Below are positions 38,101-47,596 of a stretch of DNA of 64,000 nt, in pieces. The translations under genes and the position numbers were made by a program. How positions within the stretch are numbered: position 1 is the first letter of the stretch; the number at the start of each line of letters is the position of its first letter. The notes under the pieces were generated by a model that saw nothing but the letters and a program-made list of their open reading frames with translations, had not been told where the DNA came from and searched no databases. This stretch comes from an uncultured virus (IMG/VR IMGVR_UViG_3300028666_000031) (lineage: Duplodnaviria; Heunggongvirae; Uroviricota; Caudoviricetes). The stretch lies in the IMG/VR virus record IMGVR_UViG_3300028666_000031; one strand, given 5' to 3'.

Positions 38101-40137
38101 CTGGTCCCGCATCTCTGCTTGACCGGGCAGCAATGGGGCTAACTGCGCTCTCCGGTCAAAGTCACGTTCCGGTTCGATTTGCACCAAGGTCGTCGCGTGC
38201 AACCTTCCGCCCGGTCCCGGCACATACCCAATCGACACGTTGCGCGAACGTTCGTTGGTAAAATCCACTTCCTCAGTCAGACCGCCTTGCGCATTCAACC
38301 GGACCGTCACCCTGTCAATCACCCCGGTCAATTGCGTTCCATTGCTCCCTTGCACCGTCCAACCACCGTAATCGTACCAGAACTGACGGTTTAGCAGCGG
38401 CGCGGCCAACTCCACCGCTTTCTGTGACCCTGTCTGTCCATCTGCAAAAGCAATCTCTTGCGGGTTCCATCCCGCTCCCAGCGACACAAATTCCCCATGC
38501 AACCCGCCCACGTTCTGCACTTCCACCTTCACGTCGCCGCCGGCCAAGTAATGGAACACCTCGCCCACAAACGTCAGGGCCGCCCGCACCGCCGGCGTCA
38601 CAATCGTTCCAGCCGCATTCAATCCGGGGTAACTCCCCGTCTCATCCATCGCAATCAAGTCCGCCGTTTTAATCACCGGGGTATCGAACAAAAGGAACTG
38701 GTCACCCTCGCCAGAATTATCGATATGGAACGGAATGGATTGCCAAACTGCTTGCTGGCCAATCCAATTGTCCATCGTGAAATACTCTGGCTTGAGACTC
38801 TTGAACGCATCGCTCGCCACCTGATAACCCTGTACGATCGCGTAACCGTTCGGTTGTGAGGGTAGTATCGCGTCAAAGGTCATCGCCCCGTTTATCGGGT
38901 TATGCGTCACCTGCACTAAGGACTTCTCCACCACGTCCACCGATTGCAGCCCGATATAGTTCCCATCCGCATTGCGGAACGTGAACCCATTCGGGAACCG
39001 GAACGCACGGAACAACACCTGGCTCAGATACGCCACCACCGGCATGTTCAACCGCGATTGATTCTGGAACCGGCGATAATCCCGGAACTGTTCCCCATCT
39101 CCATTGGCATAGTCCCGCAAAGTGGCATACTGCCCTATCGTCATCGTCTGCGCCCGCGCGCGCGCCAGCAACCATCCCGCGTTATCATCGTCATCGACTC
39201 CAATGTCCGAGTAGGGCGTTCCTGCGGGGATGCTCCCAAAGGGCGCTTCTGTTTTCTCGAACCAGTAAATATCCCGCACGAACAACTGAAAATCGTAGAA
39301 GCTCGCCCAAGCCGTTTTCCAATCCGGTTGCATGGGAATGTTGAGCACTTGGTATTCATTGCGCTCCCCCAACACCTGAATCCCGGTCGGGTTCCCGCTC
39401 AACGCTTGACCGTGACGACGGTTATCTGAGTTCGACGGGAAGTCCGGGATCACTCCATCCCCTTTGAGCGCCCACACCAAATTCCAACGGCCGCCCATCA
39501 GCGTGAACACCAGTCCCACGCGCTCCGACAACTCCACCAGGCATTGCCCCAGCTTCCGACCGGACCGCCAGTCCAATTCAAACACCGGGGCCTCGAGGGC
39601 AAAATGATACGTTCGCACCCACGGGATATAGGTCGTCGGGGGCTGGAACAACATGTCCATGATCTGCAGCGCCGAATAGGGTGCCACCGTGTAAGTCCAC
39701 AACCCCGTCACCACGTTCCACGGGAGCATGTGCTTGTAGCGCCGAACCCAATACCCGTTGACAATCCGATGGTCCTTGATATTGAACGCGCCGTAGGCCG
39801 TATCCCACATCAGCAACTCTCGGGAATCCACAAACTCCTGCATCAAGCTCGACCCGTCACTCCCTAACGTCGGCACCGCACTCTTGCAAATCCCGTAGAA
39901 GATATGCCCCTTGGTTTCAATGGTGAGCAGGGCCTTGGGCAATACCGTCATCGCCTCTTGCAAATTCGAGGAATCCCGCAAGGGGGCCGCGCTCACCCAA
40001 TCAATCAACGCGGTCGACGGCTGCAAGCCCCACGACCAGGTGCACGCGCATTCCGACGGATAAAAGACCAAACCCGCTTGCGGTTCATCTCCCCTCACCA
40101 CCGACCCCACGGTTACTTTGACGGTATAATCACCCAT
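35122..40137 (-). CDS. Large tail protein (hub/fibre) with collagen-like G-T-S/G-S-S repeats
   Basis: 1671 aa; long (GTSGSSGVN)-type triplet tracts; two GSRVR..W.EG..T fibre domains. Confidence 0.8.
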   Translation of the reverse strand: MGDYTVKVTVGSVVRGDEPQAGLVFYPSECACTWSWGLQPSTALIDWVSAAPLRDSSNLQEAMTVLPKALLTIETKGHIFYGICKSAVPTLGSDGSSLMQEFVDSRELLMWDTAYGAFNIKDHRIVNGYWVRRYKHMLPWNVVTGLWTYTVAPYSALQIMDMLFQPPTTYIPWVRTYHFALEAPVFELDWRSGRKLGQCLVELSERVGLVFTLMGGRWNLVWALKGDGVIPDFPSNSDNRRHGQALSGNPTGIQVLGERNEYQVLNIPMQPDWKTAWASFYDFQLFVRDIYWFEKTEAPFGSIPAGTPYSDIGVDDDDNAGWLLARARAQTMTIGQYATLRDYANGDGEQFRDYRRFQNQSRLNMPVVAYLSQVLFRAFRFPNGFTFRNADGNYIGLQSVDVVEKSLVQVTHNPINGAMTFDAILPSQPNGYAIVQGYQVASDAFKSLKPEYFTMDNWIGQQAVWQSIPFHIDNSGEGDQFLLFDTPVIKTADLIAMDETGSYPGLNAAGTIVTPAVRAALTFVGEVFHYLAGGDVKVEVQNVGGLHGEFVSLGAGWNPQEIAFADGQTGSQKAVELAAPLLNRQFWYDYGGWTVQGSNGTQLTGVIDRVTVRLNAQGGLTEEVDFTNERSRNVSIGYVPGPGGRLHATTLVQIEPERDFDRRAQLAPLLPGQAEMRDQANQLRSEAALLLKNPRLSRLLMDTFHQLLGMDGAPDTVQLQGVNVSSALLPLGTPLFREAMDNNPQLPNNTTPPTITTPVFMGVTVVGNERPDGPVRVTRTGNSGMVFVRVQGPVAVNDGLDIPSTGAADYLVKGASSGSSGGSGGPLTALEAVGAGTTQLIQARVAGGGGGGGSSIAKYHLVSVQGDYLTCQTASGGNVYIAKPPKLRESLTSEVKLNGVQYDYTYSALVPADPYNRARTSTNHSNSADVLTELVTPVWILGEEIEAETMATGVSIPPVGTSGGPGTPILLLMTLPHKLWASLGASANGTSAGSDGIPGTSGTSGTSGADGSSGSSGVSGSGTGGGTSGTSGVNGAPGAPGANGTSGVNGANGANGVNGTSGTSGVSGTSGVNGTSGVNGTSGSSGVNGAQGLQGLPGTSGSSGVDGLNGTSGISGTSGSSGVSGSSGTSATGGTGGGSSGTSGVNGTSGTSGVNGAPGGAGANGTSGTSGVNGTSGVNGANGTSGVNGASGTSGVNGAAGTSGTSGVNGANGTSGTSGVNGASGTGAPGTSGSSGVDGVNGTSGTSGGMVLLIEACLGSMAIATGLRTFAYTVPPSAPNVIGWQVGSRVRAVSTASPANWMEGAITSFDPFGTAVNVTVDMTGGSGTFSDFTLWTTGQPGSSGTSGSSGASGTNGTSGSTVVGTSGSSGVNGTSGTSGASGTSGSSGSSGTTGAGYTALAAVTSGTPTIGSKVVTLPGGAFVAYVPGSRVRLVSFSDASKWAEGECTGTSGTTLTVNVDYVSAGLAGTSFNLTVAGEIGTSGANGSSGTSGSSGVTVSGTSGSSGTTTGTSGSSGTSGANGTSGSSVASAIALTSNGTTGSSSGVASNLQVVCGANTLCILTFQLTAQGGSTGGLKFAITAPTGSTIEGWVYGETAATTFRNERLSAINTFTSTAFVTAANTPMPIRIQCVVSVSSTPGSVGLSFGPVTNTQVATLFANSSMYSIIAGGI
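35560..37170 (-). repeat. Gly-X-Y Ser/Thr-rich triplet repeats within the tail protein (approximate bounds)
   Basis: 9-nt periodic DNA encoding GTS/GSS/GVN/GAN. Confidence 0.9.
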
Positions 40138-40146
40138 ACCCCTCGC

Positions 40147-40338
40147 TCAAAGTCCTTTCACCCCTAAAGTCAAGCCTGCAGACGTCTGCAAACTCTTCTC
40201 ACCCTTCTCGCCCTTCTCCCCTTCGGACCGGCACTTCTCACATAAAAACTGTGTGCCATTGTATTCAATCTGGCGCACCGGCAGGTACTCGTGGCATAAG
40301 TCGCATTCCTCAATCCCCAGTCGGTCAATCAAGCTCAC
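40147..40338 (-). CDS. Small zinc-finger-like protein
   Basis: CDLC...CEKC. Confidence 0.5.
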   Translation of the reverse strand: MSLIDRLGIEECDLCHEYLPVRQIEYNGTQFLCEKCRSEGEKGEKGEKSLQTSAGLTLGVKGL

Positions 40339-40598
40339 GCATTCACCTCACGCCGCTTCAGCAGCTTTCTTCCTAAGTCCATTTGGCTAATGGGAATCGC
40401 CCCCAGTTCAATGGCCTTGGCTCGTTTCGAAAGGCAGATATCAAAGTGTTCATGATCCGCCCCCGGCTTTTGAATCCACTTCCTCGCCACCCCAATCCCA
40501 TCCGCCATCGCCAGCAGCTCCTCCGTGGAATCGGCAATCATGTGGCACATGATCATCCGCCCAAACCCCGCACGCATGTTGTCCACATAGACACTCAT
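40335..40598 (-). CDS. DUF4031-family protein
   Basis: MSVYVD...MCHMIADSTEELLAMA..IG....W.Q....HFDI...KRAKAI..GA. Confidence 0.85.
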   Translation of the reverse strand: MSVYVDNMRAGFGRMIMCHMIADSTEELLAMADGIGVARKWIQKPGADHEHFDICLSKRAKAIELGAIPISQMDLGRKLLKRREVNA

Positions 40599-41089
40599 GC
40601 CGCCACCTCCTCCATCCCGAGCGTGGCCCGATTCTTCGTCTCGATGGTATAACAGCGGACGCTGACTCCCGACGGGGACTGCTTGCCGATCCGCCTCAGC
40701 GTCGATAACAAAATCCCAATCTCGTGCCGGTCATTCGCCTCCTCAAAATGCTGTGACTCCTTCACCATCCGCACCTTGCTCCCAGTTAATTCCAACAGCC
40801 CCCACTTGGGAGGCAACTCATCCACAGAGAGCAGACCTGGAAACGTGAGGAAGTAACGGTGTTGACCTATCCCCATCCAGTCTTCCCTACGAAAGGACTT
40901 ATGCGCGTCGGCCAGAAAATCGGAGCGGGATACCTTACACTCCACCAGTGTTGAATGCGTTCCCTGCCAGCCAATCGCATCTGGCGTCTCCCCAATGGTG
41001 CACAACTCGGTGATGACCACCGCGCACTTGCGCTGCAGCCACTTCGCCGCCACCTCCACCAGCACCACATGAGACAATTCCAAGCTCAC
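40595..41089 (-). CDS. PD-(D/E)XK/MmcB-like protein
   Basis: ETPDAIGW...LVECKVSRSDFLAD..K; ELPPKWGLL. Confidence 0.7.
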   Translation of the reverse strand: MSLELSHVVLVEVAAKWLQRKCAVVITELCTIGETPDAIGWQGTHSTLVECKVSRSDFLADAHKSFRREDWMGIGQHRYFLTFPGLLSVDELPPKWGLLELTGSKVRMVKESQHFEEANDRHEIGILLSTLRRIGKQSPSGVSVRCYTIETKNRATLGMEEVAA

Positions 41090-41250
41090 GGTTTCACCTT
41101 CCTCACCGCGTATCGGCCCGTGCAGACTTTGGTGCCGTCCTTGAATTGAACCAGCGCGCTGTTCTTACCGCCTCTCACCAACACAGCGCAGCGTTCGCCC
41201 TTGCGCTCAGGCAATCGACGACGCCAGAACCACACGTGGTCCAAGGTCAC
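41086..41250 (-). CDS. Small SH3-like hypothetical protein
   Basis: GTGA overlap; RKGERCAVLVRGGKNSALVQFKDG. Confidence 0.55.
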   Translation of the reverse strand: MTLDHVWFWRRRLPERKGERCAVLVRGGKNSALVQFKDGTKVCTGRYAVRKVKP

Positions 41251-41504
41251 TTCGCAATCCTCCGATACTGTTTTTTCCACACCGCTTTCGTTATCACTCC
41301 TTCCGCCCAACTAACCTTGGACTCTTTGAGCTTGGGGAAACAAAAGTGGAGGTGCTCGTGTATCAACGTATCGAGGTAATCAAACGCTTTCTGGCGCGGG
41401 TCGATTTCAATGCGCCCATCTGGAAAGCAGAACCCAAGACATTGATACTTCCCGATAAGGTCTACCTCTTTAATGCGCGGTGTCTGTTTGCGTTTGTGCT
41501 TCAT
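41247..41504 (-). CDS. Small HExxH metallopeptidase-like protein
   Basis: IEIDPR...LDTLIHEHLH. Confidence 0.65.
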   Translation of the reverse strand: MKHKRKQTPRIKEVDLIGKYQCLGFCFPDGRIEIDPRQKAFDYLDTLIHEHLHFCFPKLKESKVSWAEGVITKAVWKKQYRRIAK

Positions 41505-41518
41505 AGTTCACACCTTTC

Positions 41519-41998
41519 TCACCCTTTGAACGCTTGCTCCCCATTCAATACCTGTCCCACCCAACTGACTACCCGTTGTGCACATATTCCCGTCACGCCG
41601 TCCCACTCCCCTAAATAATCCGGACCCTTACCCCTGGATGAAGTATGAAAACTCACTTGCCGCGACGCCCCTCCGCAGCAACTAGGCAAATCCACATACA
41701 ACACCCAGTTGTGAAACTCCTGAGCCGGGTCCTGCTTCCATCCCCACGAAATCAAAAGCTCACTCGCATGCTGCGTCAGCACCTCGCACAAATTGAGCAT
41801 CGACCATTGCTTGCGTTCATACGCTTCAGCCCGGTAACCGCGTCCCCGATAAACCTTGGCCCGCTCCGAACACTTCTGCGCCCGAAACAAATTCACCGCC
41901 ACCAGCCCCACCGGCCCGAGCTTCTGCAGACTGGCATACAACTCCTGGGTCGCCGCGCCATCCGACCCTAAATAAATCTCCATCACGCTTTTTTTCAT
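41519..41998 (-). CDS. Hypothetical protein
   Basis: VLYVDLP...QVSFH...Y.GEWDG motif. Confidence 0.65.
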   Translation of the reverse strand: MKKSVMEIYLGSDGAATQELYASLQKLGPVGLVAVNLFRAQKCSERAKVYRGRGYRAEAYERKQWSMLNLCEVLTQHASELLISWGWKQDPAQEFHNWVLYVDLPSCCGGASRQVSFHTSSRGKGPDYLGEWDGVTGICAQRVVSWVGQVLNGEQAFKG

Positions 41999-42969
41999 CG
42001 TCCCTCCACGCGTGGAAATTCTCTCACCCGCATATCCAACGGCCACTCCAAAGGCTCCGCCCCCTGCTTCTCTGCAAAGCGTTCATACCACCTTTCATCT
42101 ATATCCTTTGCTGACCATTGCGGGTCCCTCCCTAGCTGCTTACAGAAGTAAGGCACACCCCCCACCTTGCACTGCCGTTGAATACTCCGCAGCCATTCCA
42201 CATCACAAGGCCTCGCCTCTTTGCCACTCTCGCCGCCGGCAATGACCCAATCGATAGTTCCTAAATTGAACGTCTCAATCGAATTTGGAACACACGCCTG
42301 GAAGTTCAGCGGCCCCAGCAGCGGCTCACAACTCAATCCGTGCACCACTGCCGGAATCTTAAGTAACTCGGGCACCCTCTTCTCTAGCATCGCTTGGTTC
42401 TCTACCGACGCGATAACCCAAACATTCTTTGGAGCCTTGCCATTCCCCCACTCACAGAGCCACCGTTTCAAATCAGAGTCTGGCACCGCATTTTGCGCAG
42501 CCTCAAGCCTTCCCTGGACGTAGCAAGGTGACTCATGTCCCCAAAACAATTCTGGGCGCTTGGTGCAGAGGAGAAAATCCAGCTCTGTGCATTGCCTGAT
42601 GGTATCCAACATTTCAACAAACCATTCGATTGGGACTTCAGGGTCTAGCCAGTCGCCCAGGCTTAAAGAGAAGACCCGACGCCGGTGCAGGTCTGTCAGG
42701 GTTTCACAACTACATAGCAACTGGTCTTCGTATGCAGTTCCGCACACGTCGCACACCCACGGCTTCTTGTTCAATCGAAACGCGGTCTGAACAGCGCTGA
42801 GACTCTTCCGTCTTGGCGCGCCTTTTCCCCAATGGTCAACATCTTCAATCAGGTGCCTTCGGTCCCGCGCTTCAGCATAGCAGTAGATGCAGCCAAGGGA
42901 GACCATGGTGCATCCTTCCCAAAAATTGATTGTGCTATCACACCAGGGTATCGCAGTGGTTTGAGCCAT
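41995..42969 (-). CDS. DUF5131 (phage Gp37/Gp68) family protein
   Basis: TAIPWCDSTINFWEGCTMVSLGCIYCYAE, TKRPE, SCEPLLG, WVIAGGESG, FCKQLG. Confidence 0.9.
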   Translation of the reverse strand: MAQTTAIPWCDSTINFWEGCTMVSLGCIYCYAEARDRRHLIEDVDHWGKGAPRRKSLSAVQTAFRLNKKPWVCDVCGTAYEDQLLCSCETLTDLHRRRVFSLSLGDWLDPEVPIEWFVEMLDTIRQCTELDFLLCTKRPELFWGHESPCYVQGRLEAAQNAVPDSDLKRWLCEWGNGKAPKNVWVIASVENQAMLEKRVPELLKIPAVVHGLSCEPLLGPLNFQACVPNSIETFNLGTIDWVIAGGESGKEARPCDVEWLRSIQRQCKVGGVPYFCKQLGRDPQWSAKDIDERWYERFAEKQGAEPLEWPLDMRVREFPRVEGR

Positions 42970-42974
42970 AAGTG

Positions 42975-43190
42975 TTAGTTGGTTTTTTCTGTCCCGCGGA
43001 CTGTGGTGAATGGAGCCCCATTGCAAGCCGGGGCTGCTCCAAGTGCGGTTACAAAAATATTCTTGAGCGCTTCTAATCGTCCCTTCTGTCTTAATCGAAA
43101 TTCTTTCATGCTCCGTGCATGACACCTTGCTCCGTATCTTCCTCCTGGTCGTACTGGTTCATTTCCACAACGTGAACAAAGAGTCTTCAT
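42975..43190 (-). CDS. Hypothetical protein
   Basis: CSRC...RCH; ATGA overlap. Confidence 0.45.
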   Translation of the reverse strand: MKTLCSRCGNEPVRPGGRYGARCHARSMKEFRLRQKGRLEALKNIFVTALGAAPACNGAPFTTVRGTEKTN

Positions 43191-46100
43191 GGTTCTGACT
43201 TATTCCCTCGCAACGCATCCATCAGTGCAAACAAATCTCCCTTGCGTGGGTCTACCCATTCGTCACTCTGTAAGAACTCTCCGTTGGCCGGCACTCCATC
43301 CTTATAATGACTCGCTTGAAACTCTTCGTCTGTCAGTGGTCTAAACCCCAGGTCATGCTTATCGAAGTCAATACACCAGCAGCTTTGGTTGCTCCGTCCC
43401 GCTTCAAACTTCTGCCGATGCACGTCATGCTTGCTCTCTTTCCAATAAGGCCTCGTACGCATCTGCGCCCGCAAATCATTCTGGTCTAAGGGCAAGTCTC
43501 TCCCTTGCGATCGCTTGTATCTCCTGAGCATGTCAATCACCGGTCCCGGCCGGAAATAGCACAGCCAACTTTTCCACGCATACCTCGAGTTCTCTGCTCC
43601 TATCCGCGCTTGCTCCTCCGTCACCGGGGATGGCGCTCCCGGATTTTCGATAACCTTAAAAATCCTTCGGCGGTCACTGGGCGTTTCTCCAAACACGTCA
43701 TCCGCCAGCGCATCCAGGAGATCCCTCCAAAACAAGTCCACGTTCACTTGTTCCTGGGCTTCCTTCACCGCTTCCCGACAATGACTCACCAGCCACCGAC
43801 GATACTCTTTTATCTGTTTGTCCGTGTGGGATACCTGCGGCAATAGTTTCTCCAAGGCCACAAACGCCGCGTAGGCTACCCCATGCACCGTTCGCGCCCT
43901 CGGGTCCATCTCCTTCATTTCTGGATCCGCCAGCCATTCCCGGACTTCCTCGACCACCGCCTTCGCAAAGACCTTGCGGTTCCGCATCAAGAACCGCCCC
44001 ATCACGTAGAAATCATTTGCATGGTCCTGGAACCAATCAAAGTGATTCGGAAACCCCACCCGGTTCGCCGACGCTACCTGCACGTGGGCAAACCGGGATT
44101 TGAGCTGCGCATCTGGACTGGTCGCCACCCCGGTGACAATCGCTCCCGTCAAAATCTTTCGGCGGGCCTCCCCCTCGAACACCTTCTTGTTGCCGGAAGT
44201 CCGGTCAAAGATATTCTTCAGCTTCTCGGTGAACGTGGCAATCATGTTCGCCTGGAACTCCTCAAACCACACGGGCAAGTTGCCGTATTGTTGCAGCGCA
44301 ATGGACATTCCCACTTTTGTGCTGTCCAACAAGGCCAACCCGTTTTCGCACAAGAACCCCCAAACCCGCATCATCCACCGCGCCACCGACGTCTTGCCTT
44401 GCCGAGGTTCACCGTGAATCCATAAACACGGAAACCCACCAAAGGCTGAAAAGATTTCCGGCGCAGCCGCGAAGGAGAAGACAATCCCCATCGTCATCCA
44501 GCCCGAGTAACTGCCCAGCGTCTCATACATGCACGTGCTCACCTGCTGGAACATCACCATCACCGCTTCCTCTTCCGTACTGACCGGCATTCCCCACTTC
44601 TTCAGAATCGAGATGCCCGAGGTATCGGGATGCATGCGCGGCTCTAAATGACAGAACGGCTGGTCCTCCACGTCCCGGTCGCCGAGCTTGTAAGCTTGAT
44701 TGTCAAACCAGACGATTTCATTACGGTCGGCCCGCAATTCCTGGCCGCCCGGATCGAACGTCACGTCCTTAAAAAACCAGCACTTCGAATCCTCGTGATA
44801 TCCCCGCAACGCCACCTCGGCCACGTCCTTACGCGACACCTCATGTCCCATGTCTGCGTGCAGGTCCTGCAACTCCCGCTCACCCGCCCGCCACGCCGCG
44901 CCCGCAATATTATTCAAAAGCCATTCCCGAAACTTGGACGGCTGCGCGAACATCGACGATGGCAGTCGCACAATTCCACTGACGGCTCCGTGAATATTGT
45001 AGAGCCGCACCAGCCGGTCCCGGATGCCATTCCCACAATTCAGGACGTAGTGCGCTTCCATGTAGAAGTCACTGATGCGTTCAGGAATACCTCCACCAGT
45101 GCCCGACGGACCGTTCAGCACCAGCTCGCACGCCCGCTTGACCTCCACGTCCGCATGGTCTGACGCCTTGCTGAGGAGTTCCGTCCAGGCCTGCACCTGG
45201 GGATCCCGCAACGGCTTCAAAATATAGTAACCGCCCTTGAGCCCTTCATACCGCTTGGCCAGCATCATCAGAAACCCACGAGAGGATGGCTTTACCCATT
45301 CCCGGCTCCCTTTCAGTTTGGCCACCAAGCGCTTTAACCGTTTAGCAATCGCCTCTTCCGCATGCCCACCGATGGGCAACTTGTCTTCATACGAAATCCG
45401 TTCGAGCGCGTTCTTAATCAGCCGCTCCTCTTTATCCTCAAAGAACCCTGTCTGCCACAGGTCTTGAACGAACTGCGCCTTCTTCAACACCTGCAGCCAT
45501 TCCCCCCTCACTCGGGAAGCTATCTGTGGCCACGCCTCATCGAGCACTACCTTGGAGCCATTCAAGCGATGGGCCAAAGCCCCGTCCCAATCCGCTTTAC
45601 CCTGTTCATCCCGCCACTCTTTTGGGAGCACGCATACCTTGGCGTCGTAGCCTTCCCGGTTTAATAGCTTCGCCAGGAACCGCGCATACACCTGCGCATC
45701 GTATCGTTGCCAGTCTTTTTCCTGATAGCCTGGGAGCTTCGGATCCCCCTTCTCCTCATTGTCGTAAGCAATCACGACCTGGCGCATATCCCCCACGCCA
45801 TCCAACCACTCCTCGATATCCGCCAACATCATCTTGGCCATCGTAATTCCCGGCAACGCGCCCATCACCGCTTGGCCGCCCAGCACCTGCCACAGCGCGC
45901 CCGCCTTGAATTCCCCCTCCGTCAGAATCGCGCACACCGGCTTAGCCTCCACCACATGGCTGGCCTTCCAGGCTCGGCTGGGTCGTGCCACATAAAACCG
46001 GGGCGACTTCTCACTCATCATCCCCTTGTGCGGGCGCAAATGGATCAAGTCCCCATGCTCGTCAAAATACGGAATCAAGATCGGATGATTCCACACACAC

Positions 46101-47278
46101 TCCGTCAACGGTTTACCGTCCTCATCCCGCACCTTTTTGCCGTCCTCATCTCGCTTAGGCACCAGGCTCATGCCGTAGAACTGGGCATTGGGCGCCGGCG
46201 CGTTTCCTGGCTTCTTCGGGTCCGACCACAACCCGCAATCCACCAGCACCGCCGGGGGAAACTGTTCCGCCATCTGCAACAGCAATTCCTTGTTGCTCTG
46301 CGGATTGGACCGATACCCCAGCGCTTCACAGCTCGCCCGCGTCAAGCCGCGTTTGTGGCTGGTTTCCGTTTGGTCCGCGTCCGACCAGTGCAGACGTGCG
46401 TAAAACCACCGCAACGCCTTCATCGACGGCGAGACGTTCTCATCGTCCGGGGGCTCCGTCGGCCCCGGTGGCTCCGGTGGCTTCGGGGGTTCCCCGTCCT
46501 TCGGCAAGTCAGGCAGCACCGTCAAACTGGGCGGCCCCGCCGCCTTGGAAATGGTCGGGGGTGTGGCTGCCGGTCCCGCAGGCTCAGTACCATCCACCCC
46601 CGCCGTTCCCGCGCTATCACACGCAGGAAGCTCTTCGAACACGGACCCCGCCGTGTCGGACTCATTCGAAAGCGTTGCGTCGTCGGGCTCGGAAGGAGGA
46701 CCGGCCGACGACGCAGTGGTGTCCACCTCACCCGGCGGAACACCGTGAACTGTCGACTCTCCATCTGGTTCACGAGATTCTCCCATGGTGCGCATCGGCT
46801 GAAGAGGCTCACCCGGGTCAGTGCCCGCAGACGGTTCTGCTGCCACGGAAGTACCGTCGTGTGGCGCAGATTGAACTGGAGACGACAAATCGGTTTCAGG
46901 GGGAGGCAACGGAATCTTGTTCTTCCGCCGCTGTTGCCCTGGCATAATGCTCGGCGAATTCGCATCCGCTTCCTGCCAGACTCCCGCTTGTTTCAAAAAA
47001 GTAATCGCCGCATCCCGGCGGTTCAGACCCAGCTCCTGGGCCAGGAACCCCACTTCTTCCAAGGCCTTCGTGCCCGTCGGGCAATCAACGTGGTGGCACT
47101 TGAATAACTCGACCCCGCTCTTGCCCGGGAAGAGTCCCGCGCTTTTGTTCCCGCAGAAGGGGCACTTCGGAAACGACTTCCAATTCCCATTGGCCGGCCC
47201 TTTGCCATATTGCTCCATCAACCGGCGCAGAGGTAATCTCTGCCGGGCCGCGTCTAACTTGACCGCGAAATCGTTCAA
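43187..47278 (-). CDS. DNA primase-helicase (Zn finger, TOPRIM, P-loop helicase)
   Basis: CPFC...CHHVDC; LTEGEFKA, IAYDNE, KADWD TOPRIM motifs; GEPRQGKT Walker A, VWFEEF Walker B. Confidence 0.85.
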   Translation of the reverse strand: MNDFAVKLDAARQRLPLRRLMEQYGKGPANGNWKSFPKCPFCGNKSAGLFPGKSGVELFKCHHVDCPTGTKALEEVGFLAQELGLNRRDAAITFLKQAGVWQEADANSPSIMPGQQRRKNKIPLPPPETDLSSPVQSAPHDGTSVAAEPSAGTDPGEPLQPMRTMGESREPDGESTVHGVPPGEVDTTASSAGPPSEPDDATLSNESDTAGSVFEELPACDSAGTAGVDGTEPAGPAATPPTISKAAGPPSLTVLPDLPKDGEPPKPPEPPGPTEPPDDENVSPSMKALRWFYARLHWSDADQTETSHKRGLTRASCEALGYRSNPQSNKELLLQMAEQFPPAVLVDCGLWSDPKKPGNAPAPNAQFYGMSLVPKRDEDGKKVRDEDGKPLTECVWNHPILIPYFDEHGDLIHLRPHKGMMSEKSPRFYVARPSRAWKASHVVEAKPVCAILTEGEFKAGALWQVLGGQAVMGALPGITMAKMMLADIEEWLDGVGDMRQVVIAYDNEEKGDPKLPGYQEKDWQRYDAQVYARFLAKLLNREGYDAKVCVLPKEWRDEQGKADWDGALAHRLNGSKVVLDEAWPQIASRVRGEWLQVLKKAQFVQDLWQTGFFEDKEERLIKNALERISYEDKLPIGGHAEEAIAKRLKRLVAKLKGSREWVKPSSRGFLMMLAKRYEGLKGGYYILKPLRDPQVQAWTELLSKASDHADVEVKRACELVLNGPSGTGGGIPERISDFYMEAHYVLNCGNGIRDRLVRLYNIHGAVSGIVRLPSSMFAQPSKFREWLLNNIAGAAWRAGERELQDLHADMGHEVSRKDVAEVALRGYHEDSKCWFFKDVTFDPGGQELRADRNEIVWFDNQAYKLGDRDVEDQPFCHLEPRMHPDTSGISILKKWGMPVSTEEEAVMVMFQQVSTCMYETLGSYSGWMTMGIVFSFAAAPEIFSAFGGFPCLWIHGEPRQGKTSVARWMMRVWGFLCENGLALLDSTKVGMSIALQQYGNLPVWFEEFQANMIATFTEKLKNIFDRTSGNKKVFEGEARRKILTGAIVTGVATSPDAQLKSRFAHVQVASANRVGFPNHFDWFQDHANDFYVMGRFLMRNRKVFAKAVVEEVREWLADPEMKEMDPRARTVHGVAYAAFVALEKLLPQVSHTDKQIKEYRRWLVSHCREAVKEAQEQVNVDLFWRDLLDALADDVFGETPSDRRRIFKVIENPGAPSPVTEEQARIGAENSRYAWKSWLCYFRPGPVIDMLRRYKRSQGRDLPLDQNDLRAQMRTRPYWKESKHDVHRQKFEAGRSNQSCWCIDFDKHDLGFRPLTDEEFQASHYKDGVPANGEFLQSDEWVDPRKGDLFALMDALRGNKSEP

Positions 47279-47299
47279 GGGTTTTTAGGCGAGCAAGGT

Positions 47300-47533
47300 T
47301 TACTGCAAGAGCGGGTGGAACGTCGACGGAGGCGCGCCATAACTGGTGGAGGCATGCATTCCCCGCACCGCCGAGCGCATCGCCTTACCAGCGGCTTGAC
47401 ATGTCAGATAGCCCGCTTCCTGCAAATCGGTAATTGCCGCGAACACACCCACCCAGTATTCGGGCCGCTGCACAATCGCCTCCTTCTTCTCCGGTGAGAG
47501 GGCAGGATGAATCGTCTTAGTTTTCTGGCTCAT
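47300..47533 (-). CDS. Hypothetical protein
   Basis: 77-aa ORF in operon orientation. Confidence 0.45.
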   Translation of the reverse strand: MSQKTKTIHPALSPEKKEAIVQRPEYWVGVFAAITDLQEAGYLTCQAAGKAMRSAVRGMHASTSYGAPPSTFHPLLQ

Positions 47534-47596
47534 CGTTTCCTTTCCATGCAGGCAGCGACCGCCGCGCCCGCAATCAAAACAATTCCGGTGACCGGT

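Noticed and set aside
1..40137. Diversity-generating retroelement acting on fibre genes
   Set aside because: No reverse transcriptase and no adenine-specific TR/VR pair seen
45707..47107. 466-aa plus-strand ORF
   Set aside because: Antisense to the primase-helicase; Arg-rich shadow composition
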